From the NCBI GenBank assembly GCA_040905465.1, contig JBBDRK010000040.1, positions 1 to 37,605 of the forward strand: a DNA stretch of 37,605 nucleotides, written 5' to 3'. A program made the position numbers and the translations under genes. Source of the stretch: Trueperaceae bacterium. GTDB lineage: Bacteria; Deinococcota; Deinococci; Deinococcales; Trueperaceae. Each line of letters begins with the position of its first letter. The stretch's first letter is position 1. Below, one piece after another: positions 1-11,040 of this stretch. Under the pieces are notes generated by a model that was not told the DNA's origin, made no database searches, and saw only the letters and a list, made by a program, of their open reading frames with translations.

Positions 1-626
1 TCCTTCTCGCGCGCCTCGAGCTTGGCCTTGATCCGCTTGAGGACAGTCACCTCCTCGAGCGCCCGCTGATCGAGAACGCTGCGGATGTCGCGAATCTGCT
101 TCTGGATGTTGGGGATGACCAACTGCTCGAGCGCGTTCACCCGGCGGTTGGTCTTCTTGATCTCCTCGCCGATACGGCGAAGCCGGGTCTCGGTGGCCGC
201 AACCTGGACGAGTGCCTCGGTGAGCTTGCGAAACTGCTCCGCCGCCGACAACGTCTGCGCGCCGGCACCGATCGGCGAAAACGGCAACTCGTCGGAAAAC
301 TCGGGCGGCTGCACCGCCGGCACCTTGAGGCCGAAGAGGTTCTCGACCCGTATGTCGACCTCGAGCTGCTGCGGCGAGGCCAGGCTCAGGCTCTCCACGG
401 CTTCGGGACCGTCCCAGGCCTTGGCCAGGAACAGGCTGAAGTAGGCTTCCTGACTGGCGGCGTTCAACGACCGCCTGGCCTCGAGCGACGACTTCACCAG
501 CTCGAAGAACTCGCCAATCAGGGCGTCGCGCTTGCGCTTGAGCAGGTCGGCCCCACGCACTGCCAGCCGCAGCTGGTCGCGCCGCTGCAGCAGGTTCGAT
601 CTGGTTGGGGCGATTGTCTCTGCCAC
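1..626 (-). CDS. atpD: V/A-type ATP synthase subunit D (3'-truncated by window edge; not in the ORF track)
   Basis: Manual translation from GTG at 626 after an AGGAGG RBS: MAETIAPTRSNLLQRRDQLRLAVRGADLLKRKRDALIGEFF...EIKKTNRRVNALEQLVIP; directly follows subunit B. Confidence 0.96.
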   Translation of the reverse strand, partial: MAETIAPTRSNLLQRRDQLRLAVRGADLLKRKRDALIGEFFELVKSSLEARRSLNAASQEAYFSLFLAKAWDGPEAVESLSLASPQQLEVDIRVENLFGLKVPAVQPPEFSDELPFSPIGAGAQTLSAAEQFRKLTEALVQVAATETRLRRIGEEIKKTNRRVNALEQLVIPNIQKQIRDIRSVLDQRALEEVTVLKRIKAKLEAREK

Positions 627-647
627 GATTGCCTCCTGGGGCAGGCG

Positions 648-2069
648 CTAGACGCCTTTGCCCGCCGCTCCCCAGAGCTCGTCCATCTTGGCGCCGTAGT
701 ACTTGTCGATCTGATCGTTCGACAGCCTGGTCAGCTCGCTCTTGGGAAGGACCGACAGCAAGGTCCAGGCCATGTCCAGCGAATCCTCGATCCCGCGGTC
801 TTCGGAGCCCTGGTTTATGAACCGCTTCTCGAACTCGTCGGCAAACTTCAGGTAGAGCTTGTCGTTCTCCGAGAGGGCGTCTTCCCCGGTAATGGCAACA
901 AGGCGCCGCAGGTCGAGGCCATTGGCGTATGCCGCCTGCAGCTGATCGGCCAGGTTCTTGTGGTCCTTGCGGGTCTTCCCTTCGCCGATGCCGTTATTCA
1001 TGAGCCGGCTCAGTGACGGCCCAGGATTGATCGGCGGGTAGATGCCCTTGTTGTGCAGGTTGCGCGAAAGGTAGATCTGACCCTCGGTGATGTAGCCGGT
1101 AAGGTCTGGGATCGGGTGGGTGACGTCGTCGTCGGGCATCGACAGGATCGGCAGCTGTGTGACCGAACCCTTGCGGCCCACCACTACGCCGGCGCGCTCG
1201 TAGATCGACGCCAAGTCGGTATAGGTGTAGCCCGGGTAACCGCGGCGGCCCGGAATCTCCTCGCGGGCGCCGCCGATCTCGCGGAGAGCCTCGCAGTAGT
1301 TGGTCATGTCGGTGAGGATCACCAGCACGTGATAGTCGTGCTCGAACGCCAGGTACTCGGCGGCGGTCAGGGCCATGCGAGGGGTGAGCAGCCGCTCGAC
1401 CGCGGGGTCGTCGGCCTTGTTGAGGAACAGCACGCTTCGAGCGAGAGCACCGGTACGTTCGAACTCCTGGGTGAAGAATGTCAGCTCGCGCTGGGTAACG
1501 CCCATCGCCGCGAACACCACCGCGAACTCGGCGCCCTCGCCGAGTACCTTGGCCTGACGGGCGATCTGCGCCGCCAGCTCGTTGGCCGGGAGACCGGAGC
1601 CGGAGAAGATCGGCAGCTTCTGTCCGCGAACCAGGCTGATCAGCGTATCGACCGTGGAGATGCCTGTCTGGATGAACTCCTCGGGCTTCTGACGGGCGAC
1701 CGGGTTGATCGGCGCGCCTCCGATCGGCAGTCGCTTGTCGGCCACTACCGGGGGAAGGCCGTCGACGGGCTCGCCGATGCCGCTGAAGCGCCGGCCGATC
1801 ATCTCCCTGGATACGCCCAGCCGCGCGACATCCTCGACCAGGCTCACGGTGGTGCTGGAGAGGTCGATACCCGAGGTCTCCTCGAACACCTGCAGCACCG
1901 TGTATTCGTTGGAGACCTCGATGACCTGGCCGCCGCGCTCACGGCCGCTTGCGTCGGTGATCCGGACGATGGCGTTGTAGGCCAGGTCCGGGGCGTTCTG
2001 CAGGAACAACAGCGGGCCGGAAACGTAGGAGACCTGGCTGTACTCCTTCTTGAGTAGATTCTTGCTCAT
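648..2069 (-). CDS. atpB: V/A-type ATP synthase subunit B
   Basis: [10 protein letters not shown] start (ATG 2069, 11 nt after the atpA stop); motifs [37 protein letters not shown]. The ORF-track start at 2507 overlaps atpA and is over-extended. Confidence 0.98.
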   Translation of the reverse strand: MSKNLLKKEYSQVSYVSGPLLFLQNAPDLAYNAIVRITDASGRERGGQVIEVSNEYTVLQVFEETSGIDLSSTTVSLVEDVARLGVSREMIGRRFSGIGEPVDGLPPVVADKRLPIGGAPINPVARQKPEEFIQTGISTVDTLISLVRGQKLPIFSGSGLPANELAAQIARQAKVLGEGAEFAVVFAAMGVTQRELTFFTQEFERTGALARSVLFLNKADDPAVERLLTPRMALTAAEYLAFEHDYHVLVILTDMTNYCEALREIGGAREEIPGRRGYPGYTYTDLASIYERAGVVVGRKGSVTQLPILSMPDDDVTHPIPDLTGYITEGQIYLSRNLHNKGIYPPINPGPSLSRLMNNGIGEGKTRKDHKNLADQLQAAYANGLDLRRLVAITGEDALSENDKLYLKFADEFEKRFINQGSEDRGIEDSLDMAWTLLSVLPKSELTRLSNDQIDKYYGAKMDELWGAAGKGV

Positions 2070-2080
2070 GCCAATCTCCC

Positions 2081-3820
<1,740 letters not shown>

Positions 3821-3855
3821 TTGATCTCCTCGGTAGAGGTGTTGCCTGCTTGCGC

Positions 3856-3927
3856 GGCTACTCGCGCTCTATGGTTGCTCGAGCCTGATGGCGACTCGAT
3901 CTCGTGCGATGGCTACTCGAGTTTTAT
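3856..3927. repeat. Four degenerate 17-21 bp tandem copies of the atpF 3' end/stop region
   Basis: ggctactcgcgctctat / ggttgctcgagcctgat / ggcgactcgatctcgtgcgat / ggctactcgagttttat. Confidence 0.6.
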
Positions 3928-4239
3928 GTCGAAGCCGATTGCGTTGCGAACCAGGTCCTTCATGTATTCGGTGGCGTCGTCCCCCTCGCCGAACGCCGCC
4001 GACAGGCTGGGAACCGGCAGGATTACCGGCAGGTCCCGTCCACGCATTATGCGCGCCGTCGATGTGACGGGGTCGGCAACGAGCCCCTCGTCGACCACCA
4101 CCAGCCCGTACTCCTCGGACTCGATGAGACTTTCGAGGGCTCGGTCGGCACCCTCCTTGTCGGCCTCGCGAACCTCGACCCCGGCCAGCCGGTATCCGGT
4201 GGCGGTCTCGCTGTCGGTGAGGATGATCACCTTATGCAT
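3913..4239 (-). CDS. atpF: V/A-type ATP synthase subunit F
   Basis: MHKVIILTDSETATGYRLAGV...VRNAIGFDIKLE; the ATG overlaps the atpC stop region. Confidence 0.95.
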   Translation of the reverse strand: MHKVIILTDSETATGYRLAGVEVREADKEGADRALESLIESEEYGLVVVDEGLVADPVTSTARIMRGRDLPVILPVPSLSAAFGEGDDATEYMKDLVRNAIGFDIKLE

Positions 4240-5248
4240 GGCCGAGCTCCTTCTCGAGCTGCTCGCGAGGCACGTCGTAGAACTTGCCGCGAGCCAGCAG
4301 CCGTAGCCGCGCCGATTCGGCCTCCTTGCGCCGCAGGAAATCGACCACCACTCCCGGCCCAAGGGGGTCTCGCAGCGACAGTCGATGAGCGCCCTGATCG
4401 AGCACCCGCCGAATCACCCGGTCCGCCTCGGCCAGGGTCGACGTATTGGCGACGTCGGCGAAGCCGGTGCCGGAGAGATTGGCCAGGGCGCCCTGTGTGG
4501 AATCGGCGACGATCGCGTCGAAGGTAGAGCGGTCGACCTCGCGTCCGCCCGGCAGGTAGAGGTCTTCGCCGGTGGCGGCCTTGCCACGCACCTTCAGCGC
4601 CGTAGAGAGGTTCGCTGCATCGATCTGACGCCGCACGTAGCGGATCAGTTCTTTGGGGGCGTCCAGCGCCTCCATCGCGTCCAGCAGCGTGCTGAAATAG
4701 GCCCGGTCGAGCGTCAGCTCGAACTCGAACAGCCTGCCGCTCGAGGCATAACGGCGTACCGCTCTGCCGAACGCCCGCGACAGCGGGTGACCGGTAACGG
4801 CCAGGACCTGAGCCATGGCGGGCAGGTCGGCCGAAGCTGCCATGGTCTCGACGAGCGCCGGCTTTAGCTCCCCTGCCGGCAGCAGTGCCGAGCTCACCCC
4901 TTCCCCTTCCCGGCCGGCATGCTTTGCGCGCGCCAGCGTCTTGAGGTTCATGAGGTCGTAGCCGATGAGCAGGAGCGCGATGAGCTCGTGCGGCCGGCCG
5001 TCGGAAAAACCGAGGATCGAGCGCGCGGCGCGCCGGAAGTTCTCCGCCACCGCCCGATCGAGTGCCGTCAGCCCCGAATCACGGGATTGCGCCTCTTCGA
5101 GCTCGTTCGTGTAGGGAGTCTGGGCGATCGTGCCGACGAAAGCGCGGAAGTCGCTGTCGCCGAGCGCCTGGGTATAGAACTCCGATTCGAGCAGCTTGGC
5201 CTTCATCCCACGAACGCGGGCATTGATGTAGCCGAAATCGGAAGACAT
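4232..5248 (-). CDS. atpC: V/A-type ATP synthase subunit C (d/AC39)
   Basis: DFGYINARVRGMKAKLL N-terminus, RLRLLARGK C-terminus, operon position. Confidence 0.95.
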   Translation of the reverse strand: MSSDFGYINARVRGMKAKLLESEFYTQALGDSDFRAFVGTIAQTPYTNELEEAQSRDSGLTALDRAVAENFRRAARSILGFSDGRPHELIALLLIGYDLMNLKTLARAKHAGREGEGVSSALLPAGELKPALVETMAASADLPAMAQVLAVTGHPLSRAFGRAVRRYASSGRLFEFELTLDRAYFSTLLDAMEALDAPKELIRYVRRQIDAANLSTALKVRGKAATGEDLYLPGGREVDRSTFDAIVADSTQGALANLSGTGFADVANTSTLAEADRVIRRVLDQGAHRLSLRDPLGPGVVVDFLRRKEAESARLRLLARGKFYDVPREQLEKELGHA

Positions 5249-5249
5249 C

Positions 5250-5840
5250 CTACCCTTCCTTGCTCAGGAGCACCTGCGCTACCTCGGCGGCGAGCTCCTC
5301 GCGAAGGGACTCGAGCCGGCCGTAGAGGGTGTTCTCGATGATGACGTTCTCGCCCGCCTTCAACCTTAGACCGCCGCGTACCGACTCATCGGTCTCGACT
5401 GCCGCGCTCAAGCCGGCGGCCTTGGCCGCCTTGGTTGCAGCGGCCTGGTCGCCGGGGTTGACGACGACCGCCTTGACATTCGCCGTTTCGACCCCGCTAC
5501 CGGCGACGGCCTCGTCGATGAGCTTGGCCAGCACGTCGGCGTACTCGTTCTTGCCGGTGAGCGCATCGATCTCGCGTTCCGCCTCGCCGAAGACCTCTTC
5601 GATCACGGCGTGCTGGGCGCGAAGCGTCAGAGAGGAAGATTCCAGCTGAGCGGCGCTGCGTGCCCGTACCAGGGCCGCGCGCTGCTGCGCCTCGGCGCTG
5701 CGCCGGCGTCCCGCCAGCAGCGTACTCGCCTCTTCGTTGGCAGCAGCGACTATCTCCGAGGCGCGCGCACGCGCCTCGGAGAGGATGCCTTCGATCTCCG
5801 CGCTCGCTTCTCTGTCAAGCAGAGCAGCCAGATCAGCCAC
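5250..5840 (-). CDS. atpE: V/A-type ATP synthase subunit E
   Basis: N-terminal coiled coil, C-terminal GGLRL...IENTLYGRL; operon position. Confidence 0.93.
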   Translation of the reverse strand: MADLAALLDREASAEIEGILSEARARASEIVAAANEEASTLLAGRRRSAEAQQRAALVRARSAAQLESSSLTLRAQHAVIEEVFGEAEREIDALTGKNEYADVLAKLIDEAVAGSGVETANVKAVVVNPGDQAAATKAAKAAGLSAAVETDESVRGGLRLKAGENVIIENTLYGRLESLREELAAEVAQVLLSKEG

Positions 5841-5841
5841 G

Positions 5842-6162
5842 TTATCCGCCTATCTGACCGTTGAGGAAGAAGGCGATGACGAAGGCGAAGATGATCAGGG
5901 TCTCGGGGATCACCAGGTAGATGAGGATCTGACCGAACGCCTCGGGCCGTTCGGCGATAGTGCCGGCGCCGGCGCTGCCGATGGCGGCCTGCGCCAGACC
6001 CACGCCGATCGCCCCGAGACCGATGGCCAAACCGGCGCCGAGCGCCATCAGGCCCTGGCCCACGCTGGCGCCGGAGGCCACTTCTGCCGCCTCCTGGGCG
6101 AAGCCGGTGGCGAGAAGCGCGAGTACCGAAATGAAGCTGAGTACGGAAACGAATTTCTTCAT
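5842..6162 (-). CDS. atpK: V/A-type ATP synthase proteolipid subunit K/L with N-terminal signal peptide
   Basis: MKKFVSVLSFISVLALLATGFA signal-like leader, GLGAIGVGLAQ and LVIPETL with the essential Glu; ATGA overlap with the atpI stop. Confidence 0.96.
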   Translation of the reverse strand: MKKFVSVLSFISVLALLATGFAQEAAEVASGASVGQGLMALGAGLAIGLGAIGVGLAQAAIGSAGAGTIAERPEAFGQILIYLVIPETLIIFAFVIAFFLNGQIGG

Positions 6163-8150
6163 GCTTTTCCTCCAAGTAGACGGAACGGCTTGTACGGGCG
6201 GCCGTTGGCCTCGTAGAAACCGAACTTGGTAAAGAACTCGACGTACTGCAAACGAAGCGGTTGCAGTGTGTGTCCGATGATCGTGAGCGCTATTGCGACG
6301 AAATGTATCGTCAGCGCGATGATTATGCCCAGCAGTGCGCCGATGACCGGCACCGGCAGGGCGGCCGCGATGGCGAAGCCGACGTCGGTCGCCAGATTGG
6401 CGACCAGTGCGGCGGACAGGCCAACAGCGAAGAGACGGAGATAACTCAGGATGTTGCCGGAGTTCGAGATCAGCTCGATCAACATCAATGGCACCCCGGA
6501 CAGCACCACCCCCAGCAGGAACAGCGCCATGCCGACACCTACCACCAGCCATACCGCGGTACCGAGCGACTCACCGAGATAGGCAGTGGCGAACACGACC
6601 AGGGCAGTGAGACCCGCCATCATGCCGATCCCTTCCCAGAGGTGTTTCCGGTCCTTGTGAAGGATCCCGTAATAGGCGCGAATCGCCCAGCCGCCGATGA
6701 CCTGCAGGACGCCGAAGCCGATGGTCAGGAGCAGCAGCGGGGTGAACTCCTCGACCCGGAACAGCGCGATTGGGATCATGCCGTGGTCGCCGTGTGACGG
6801 GGCATAGAACACCGGGTTGTCGTGCGGCCAGTGCTCTAGGAAGTTGCCGAAGAACTCGCCGTAGATGAAGCCCCAGCCGATCGACCAGAGCGCAGCCCAG
6901 TTGACGATAGTGCCGATCGCCGGCAGCGACGAGGCCGGAATCACGATTCCCAACGGTCCCAGCGAGATGAGTCGTCCCGCCTTGCCACGCTTCCTGAGCC
7001 ACAGGCCCAGGGCCAGGAACAGCAGGCCGAACCCGATGTCCCCCAGCACGATGCCGAAGAACAGCGGGAAGAATACCGCCAGCGTCCAACTGGGATCGAA
7101 GTTTCCGTAGCGGGGAGGCGCGAACAACGTCAGCAGCATCTCGAACGGCCTGACCCAGCCTGCGTTGTCGAGCTTGACGGGAACCGAGTGATCGACGTGA
7201 TCGTCCGCGACGCGCGAGACTATCGCGACGTCGCTGCCGAACTGCTTGCGCAGGCCTTCACTGACCTTGCGGGTATCCTGAGACGGCACCCATCCGCGCA
7301 GGGCGAACGCGTACCGGCCGGTGAGCATGTCCTCGAGCCGGTCGAAGCGCACCTGCTGGTTGAGAGCGATGAGATGCGCTGCCCGCAGCTTCGGGCCGTG
7401 CGACTTGGCCAACCCAGTGAGTTCGGCATTCAGGTCGTCGAGTCGCCGCGGCACGTTCTGGGAGCGTTCCTCCATCACGTGAACCGCCTTGGCGACACCG
7501 TATTCGGCGTAGCGTCCGGGCAGCGCCAGGGGGCTGATGCCGTTACGGCTCAGGGCCTGAGCCAGGGCAGCGTCGTCCTGCTTGAGAACGGCCGCTACCA
7601 GGAGGGACTCCCTGGCGAAGGGCCGCTCGGCGAACGCGACGCGGCCCTCGAGAGCCTGCTCGATGTCGGCGCGAACCTCGGCCGCCGCGTCCGCTCCCAC
7701 CAGGAATGCATGACCGGTTAGATAGCGGCTGCCCTCGAGCTGAGCCAGTGTCGGGGCGAGCGCGCGGAACAACGGCAGGTAGGTATGGATTATGTCCAGT
7801 TCGTCTCGCAGGCGCGAGCGTTCGCCCACCAGGGCGTCGATTCGCGGGCCGACCTCCTCGAGGTAATCGTCGAGCTCCTCCAGCGAACCGGGGGCCTCGC
7901 TCTTGGCGGCTGGCGCCACATCCTGCGACTCCAGCGCGGACAGCAGCGTTTCGGCACGGCCGACCGCAGACGACCAGCTCTCCCGTTCGTCACGTTCGGC
8001 TCCTTCGAGCACGTAGCGCGCGAGATCGAGTCCCTCCTCCGGTTCGAGTGGATCGACCTGCACCACGCCGAGACTCTGCAGACTCTGCAGAAGGTCACGC
8101 GCGATGCTCCGCCGTCCCACCACCGTGAGTTGGTCCATTCGGGCGATCAC
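6159..8150 (-). CDS. atpI: V/A-type ATP synthase subunit I (a)
   Basis: 663 aa; GDIGFG, NILSYLRLFAVGL (essential Arg), LRLQYVEFFTKF. Confidence 0.97.
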   Translation of the reverse strand: MIARMDQLTVVGRRSIARDLLQSLQSLGVVQVDPLEPEEGLDLARYVLEGAERDERESWSSAVGRAETLLSALESQDVAPAAKSEAPGSLEELDDYLEEVGPRIDALVGERSRLRDELDIIHTYLPLFRALAPTLAQLEGSRYLTGHAFLVGADAAAEVRADIEQALEGRVAFAERPFARESLLVAAVLKQDDAALAQALSRNGISPLALPGRYAEYGVAKAVHVMEERSQNVPRRLDDLNAELTGLAKSHGPKLRAAHLIALNQQVRFDRLEDMLTGRYAFALRGWVPSQDTRKVSEGLRKQFGSDVAIVSRVADDHVDHSVPVKLDNAGWVRPFEMLLTLFAPPRYGNFDPSWTLAVFFPLFFGIVLGDIGFGLLFLALGLWLRKRGKAGRLISLGPLGIVIPASSLPAIGTIVNWAALWSIGWGFIYGEFFGNFLEHWPHDNPVFYAPSHGDHGMIPIALFRVEEFTPLLLLTIGFGVLQVIGGWAIRAYYGILHKDRKHLWEGIGMMAGLTALVVFATAYLGESLGTAVWLVVGVGMALFLLGVVLSGVPLMLIELISNSGNILSYLRLFAVGLSAALVANLATDVGFAIAAALPVPVIGALLGIIIALTIHFVAIALTIIGHTLQPLRLQYVEFFTKFGFYEANGRPYKPFRLLGGKA

Positions 8151-8467
8151 GGCAGTACGCGATCCATGACCAACTTGACTGCGCTCTTGCGGTTGCTCCT
8201 GGCCCGCGCCTCGACACGGTCCACTTCGGCGCGTGCCCGCTCCAGGATCTCCTCGCGCACCCCTGCGCTCTCCTGTTCGGCTTCCGCCCGCAAGCGTTCG
8301 GCAACGTCACTCGCCTCGGCTCGGGCTCGCTCCAGAATCTGAGCGGCCTCAGCCTGCGTCTTCTCTATGATGTCGGCCGCTTCCTTCTTGGCGCGCTCGA
8401 CCTTGGCGAGCACCGCCTTCTCGTGATCGACCAGGCTTTGCAGCAGTTGTTCGCCTTGAGCTTCCAA
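8147..8467 (-). CDS. atpG: V/A-type ATP synthase subunit G/H (peripheral stalk)
   Basis: 106 aa Ala/Glu/Arg coiled coil; first gene of the operon; AAGGAGG RBS before TTG; GTGA overlap with atpI. Confidence 0.9.
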   Translation of the reverse strand: MEAQGEQLLQSLVDHEKAVLAKVERAKKEAADIIEKTQAEAAQILERARAEASDVAERLRAEAEQESAGVREEILERARAEVDRVEARARSNRKSAVKLVMDRVLP

Positions 8468-8590
8468 ACGGCCCTCCTTTCACCCGGATATTCCCCGTTG
8501 TGCCATGCGGATATGGGGTCTGACTGGTGTCTCGAAAGACAGAGAACGCGATGAACAAGGCACATTTGCCAGTGCCCGCGTTACCGCGAA

Positions 8591-8620
8591 AGCATACCAA
8601 TCGCTCTTTCACCGTGTCAA
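8591..8620 (-). promoter_or_regulatory. SigA-type promoter of the atp operon
   Basis: Minus strand TTGACA (8620-8615), 18 nt, TATGCT (8596-8591), with an extended TG. Confidence 0.75.
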
Positions 8621-8713
8621 TCGAGACATTTGTCCCTGGCGACCCCAGAATCCGGGGCCTGTGACGGGCAAGTCGACCGCCGTTTCGGCTCTCGAATCCG
8701 GCCCTGAAGGCAC

Positions 8714-8722
8714 TGGTACACT
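8714..8722 (+). promoter_or_regulatory. Extended -10 for a leaderless methyltransferase mRNA
   Basis: TGgTACACT 7 nt before ATG 8730; no SD sequence. Confidence 0.65.
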
Positions 8723-8729
8723 CTTGCGG

Positions 8730-10337
8730 ATGAACCCTCAGCGGGGCCCCCTGGACAAGGCGCGCGGCGCCTACTACACCGAGAAGCGGGTGGCGGCAGC
8801 GCTTTGCCGCTGGGCCTTGCGGAGAAGCGGCGAACGGGTCCTCGACCCGGCCTTCGGGGGTGGCGTGTTTCTGGAAGCCTGCGCGCGACGCCTGGCAGAC
8901 CTCGGCGGCGGCGAGATCTTCGGCGTGGAGGTCGACCGGACCGCGCACGCCGGCGCGACCGGAGGCCATGGAGAAACGCTCTGCGGGCGGAGGCTCCTGC
9001 TGGCGGACTTCTTTTCGCTTGATGCCGACTCCCTTCCGGCGATGCAGGCGGTGGTGGGGAATCCGCCGTTCATACGCTTCCAGCGGTTCACCGGCGAGAC
9101 GCGGGCGCGGGCGGCCCGACGATCGCTGGAGCAGGGTGTGCCGCTGGAGCCGCTGGCGGGCTCGTGGGTGGCGTTCGTGGCGCACGCCACGTCGTTCCTC
9201 GCCACCGGAGGGCGGCTGGCCATGGTGGTTCCGGCCGAGCTTGGCCACGCCCCCTACGCCAGGCCGCTTCTGAGCCTGCTGCAGCACTCCTTCTCCCGCT
9301 CCACGATCGTGTCGTTCCGCAGGTCGCTCTTTCCCCATCTCGATCAGCGGACGGTGCTGGTGCTGGCCGACGGCTTCGAAGAGGGTCCGGCGGAGTTTCG
9401 CTCGCTCGACCTTGCCGGCGCGGAAGCCCTGGAGAAGCCCCTCCCGTGCGCCGGCGACCGAGCTCTCGACGCCGATAAGCTAGTGACCGGCCGCTCGAGC
9501 CTGGCCCATGCGCAACTGGACGCCGCGACGATGGCGCTTTACCGTGATCTGCCTGAGCGCGGCGCGATCCACCTGGGCGAGCTCGCCCGGGTCGAGAGCG
9601 GCTACGTCACGGGAGCGAACTCCCACTTCCACCTGAGTCCCGGCGCAGCCCTGGCCTCCGGGCTGCCGAACGAGGTACTGGTGCCGGCGGTGCTCCGCTC
9701 CAGGGCTCTTGCCGGCCTGACGCTGACGGAGCGGGACTGGCCGGCCGCCGTCGAGTCCGGGGCCGCCGGCTACCTGGTGCAGGCGTCCGGCCATGAAGAG
9801 CACCCGGCGGTCGCCGCCTTCCTCCGCCGGCTGGAGCGGGCCGGCGTCCAGGATCGCTACAAGACTCGCAATCGAGCCGTGTGGCACAAGGTACCCAGAG
9901 TGTTCGCCGCGCCCATGCTGCTCACCGCCATGGGCGGCCGCGGCCTGCGACTGGTCGTCAACGACGCCGGCCTGGCCTCCCCGAACACCTTCCACCTGGT
10001 CACCCCCCACTCCCCCGATCCCGCTGTCCGGCCGAGCCTGGCGGCCGCCTGGCTCACCTCGCTGACCGAGCTGAGCCTGGAGCTCGAGGGCCACGCCCTG
10101 GGCGGAGGCATGCTCAAATGCGATCCCGGCGAGGCGCTGCAGGTGCTGCTGCCCCCGCCCGCTCCCCTGCCCCCGGCGTGCCTCGAGCGACTCGACCGGC
10201 TGCTCCGCGACGGGGAGCGGGAGGCAGCCCGCCAGGAGGCCGACCGGCTGCTGCTCTCGGGAGCGCTCGGATTGAGCAGCGATGAGATCGACGCACTGGC
10301 CAACGCGGCCGCCGAGCTGTCAACGCGACGAAAATAG
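8730..10337 (+). CDS. N6-adenine DNA methyltransferase (gamma class, Eco57I/TaqI-like), no adjacent endonuclease
   Basis: GAYYT, motif I VLDPAFGGGVFL, motif IV VVGNPPF, GGRLAMVVP, C-terminal ELEGHALGGGMLK. Start set at ATG 8730; the ORF-track 8505 start runs across the atp promoter. Confidence 0.88.
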   Translation: MNPQRGPLDKARGAYYTEKRVAAALCRWALRRSGERVLDPAFGGGVFLEACARRLADLGGGEIFGVEVDRTAHAGATGGHGETLCGRRLLLADFFSLDADSLPAMQAVVGNPPFIRFQRFTGETRARAARRSLEQGVPLEPLAGSWVAFVAHATSFLATGGRLAMVVPAELGHAPYARPLLSLLQHSFSRSTIVSFRRSLFPHLDQRTVLVLADGFEEGPAEFRSLDLAGAEALEKPLPCAGDRALDADKLVTGRSSLAHAQLDAATMALYRDLPERGAIHLGELARVESGYVTGANSHFHLSPGAALASGLPNEVLVPAVLRSRALAGLTLTERDWPAAVESGAAGYLVQASGHEEHPAVAAFLRRLERAGVQDRYKTRNRAVWHKVPRVFAAPMLLTAMGGRGLRLVVNDAGLASPNTFHLVTPHSPDPAVRPSLAAAWLTSLTELSLELEGHALGGGMLKCDPGEALQVLLPPPAPLPPACLERLDRLLRDGEREAARQEADRLLLSGALGLSSDEIDALANAAAELSTRRK

Positions 10338-10346
10338 CGTGCCCTG

Positions 10347-10979
10347 CTACTCCGCCTCGGCCGGCAACCGCCTCCGCATCTCGTCGCCCGTAGCCGCGGC
10401 GGCGGGATCATCCGACCGCATCAGGGCGTCAACGATCCGCGCCTGTTCCTTCCGACTCTTGTTCTGGCTGAGCTTCATCTTGCCCTCGAGCCGGTCGACG
10501 ATCAATTCGAAGCCAACAATGCCGCGCAGCATGCCCTGACGATAGCGGGCCGAAAGCGAGTCCCAGCGCGCCTGGTATTCCGGCTCGTGCTCGCCGATCA
10601 GCTCGGCCAGAATCTCCGCGAGCGTCTCTGGCTCGTCGTCGAACGAGAGGGGGCGGGCACGACCGGACGCGTGAACGGCCAGGTAGTTCCAGGTCGGCAC
10701 GCTCTCCCACCTGTCGTAGTGAACCGGGGAGATGTAGGCGTGTGGCCCCGCGAAGATCACCAGAGTATCGCTGCCGCCGAGAGAGCGCCACTGCTCGTTC
10801 GCCTTGGCGAAGTGGCCCCGGATGCGCACGCCCCGTGGAGTCTCGGTGACGGTGACAGGAATGTGGCTGGCGAGCGGCAAGTGGTCTGCGGCCGAGACGA
10901 CGGTGGCGAAGGCGTGCTCTTTCATGAAGGCGAGCAGCGTCTCCGGGTGGTCCTCACGGTTGAGGTGGGGGATATACAT
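10347..10979 (-). CDS. paiB: PaiB-family FMN-binding negative transcriptional regulator
   Basis: MYIP start with AGGAGG RBS; GHFAKANEQW, GPHAYISP, VPTWNY, KLSQNK. Confidence 0.9.
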   Translation of the reverse strand: MYIPHLNREDHPETLLAFMKEHAFATVVSAADHLPLASHIPVTVTETPRGVRIRGHFAKANEQWRSLGGSDTLVIFAGPHAYISPVHYDRWESVPTWNYLAVHASGRARPLSFDDEPETLAEILAELIGEHEPEYQARWDSLSARYRQGMLRGIVGFELIVDRLEGKMKLSQNKSRKEQARIVDALMRSDDPAAAATGDEMRRRLPAEAE

Positions 10980-11040
10980 CACGCCTCCTGGGCAAACGAG
11001 TGTTCGCTCACTCGCTGGCAAGGTTGCTTGCTCCGAGCGG

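Noticed and set aside
5842-6162. Signal peptide on the ATP synthase proteolipid, and Q...ET residues suggesting Na+ coupling
   Set aside because: Both features are shared with the H+-coupled Thermus thermophilus subunit; not novel and not diagnostic.
8505-8729. 75-aa N-terminal extension of the methyltransferase in the ORF track
   Set aside because: Overlaps the atp promoter and leader; a -10 box sits directly before ATG 8730 and family motifs begin after it.
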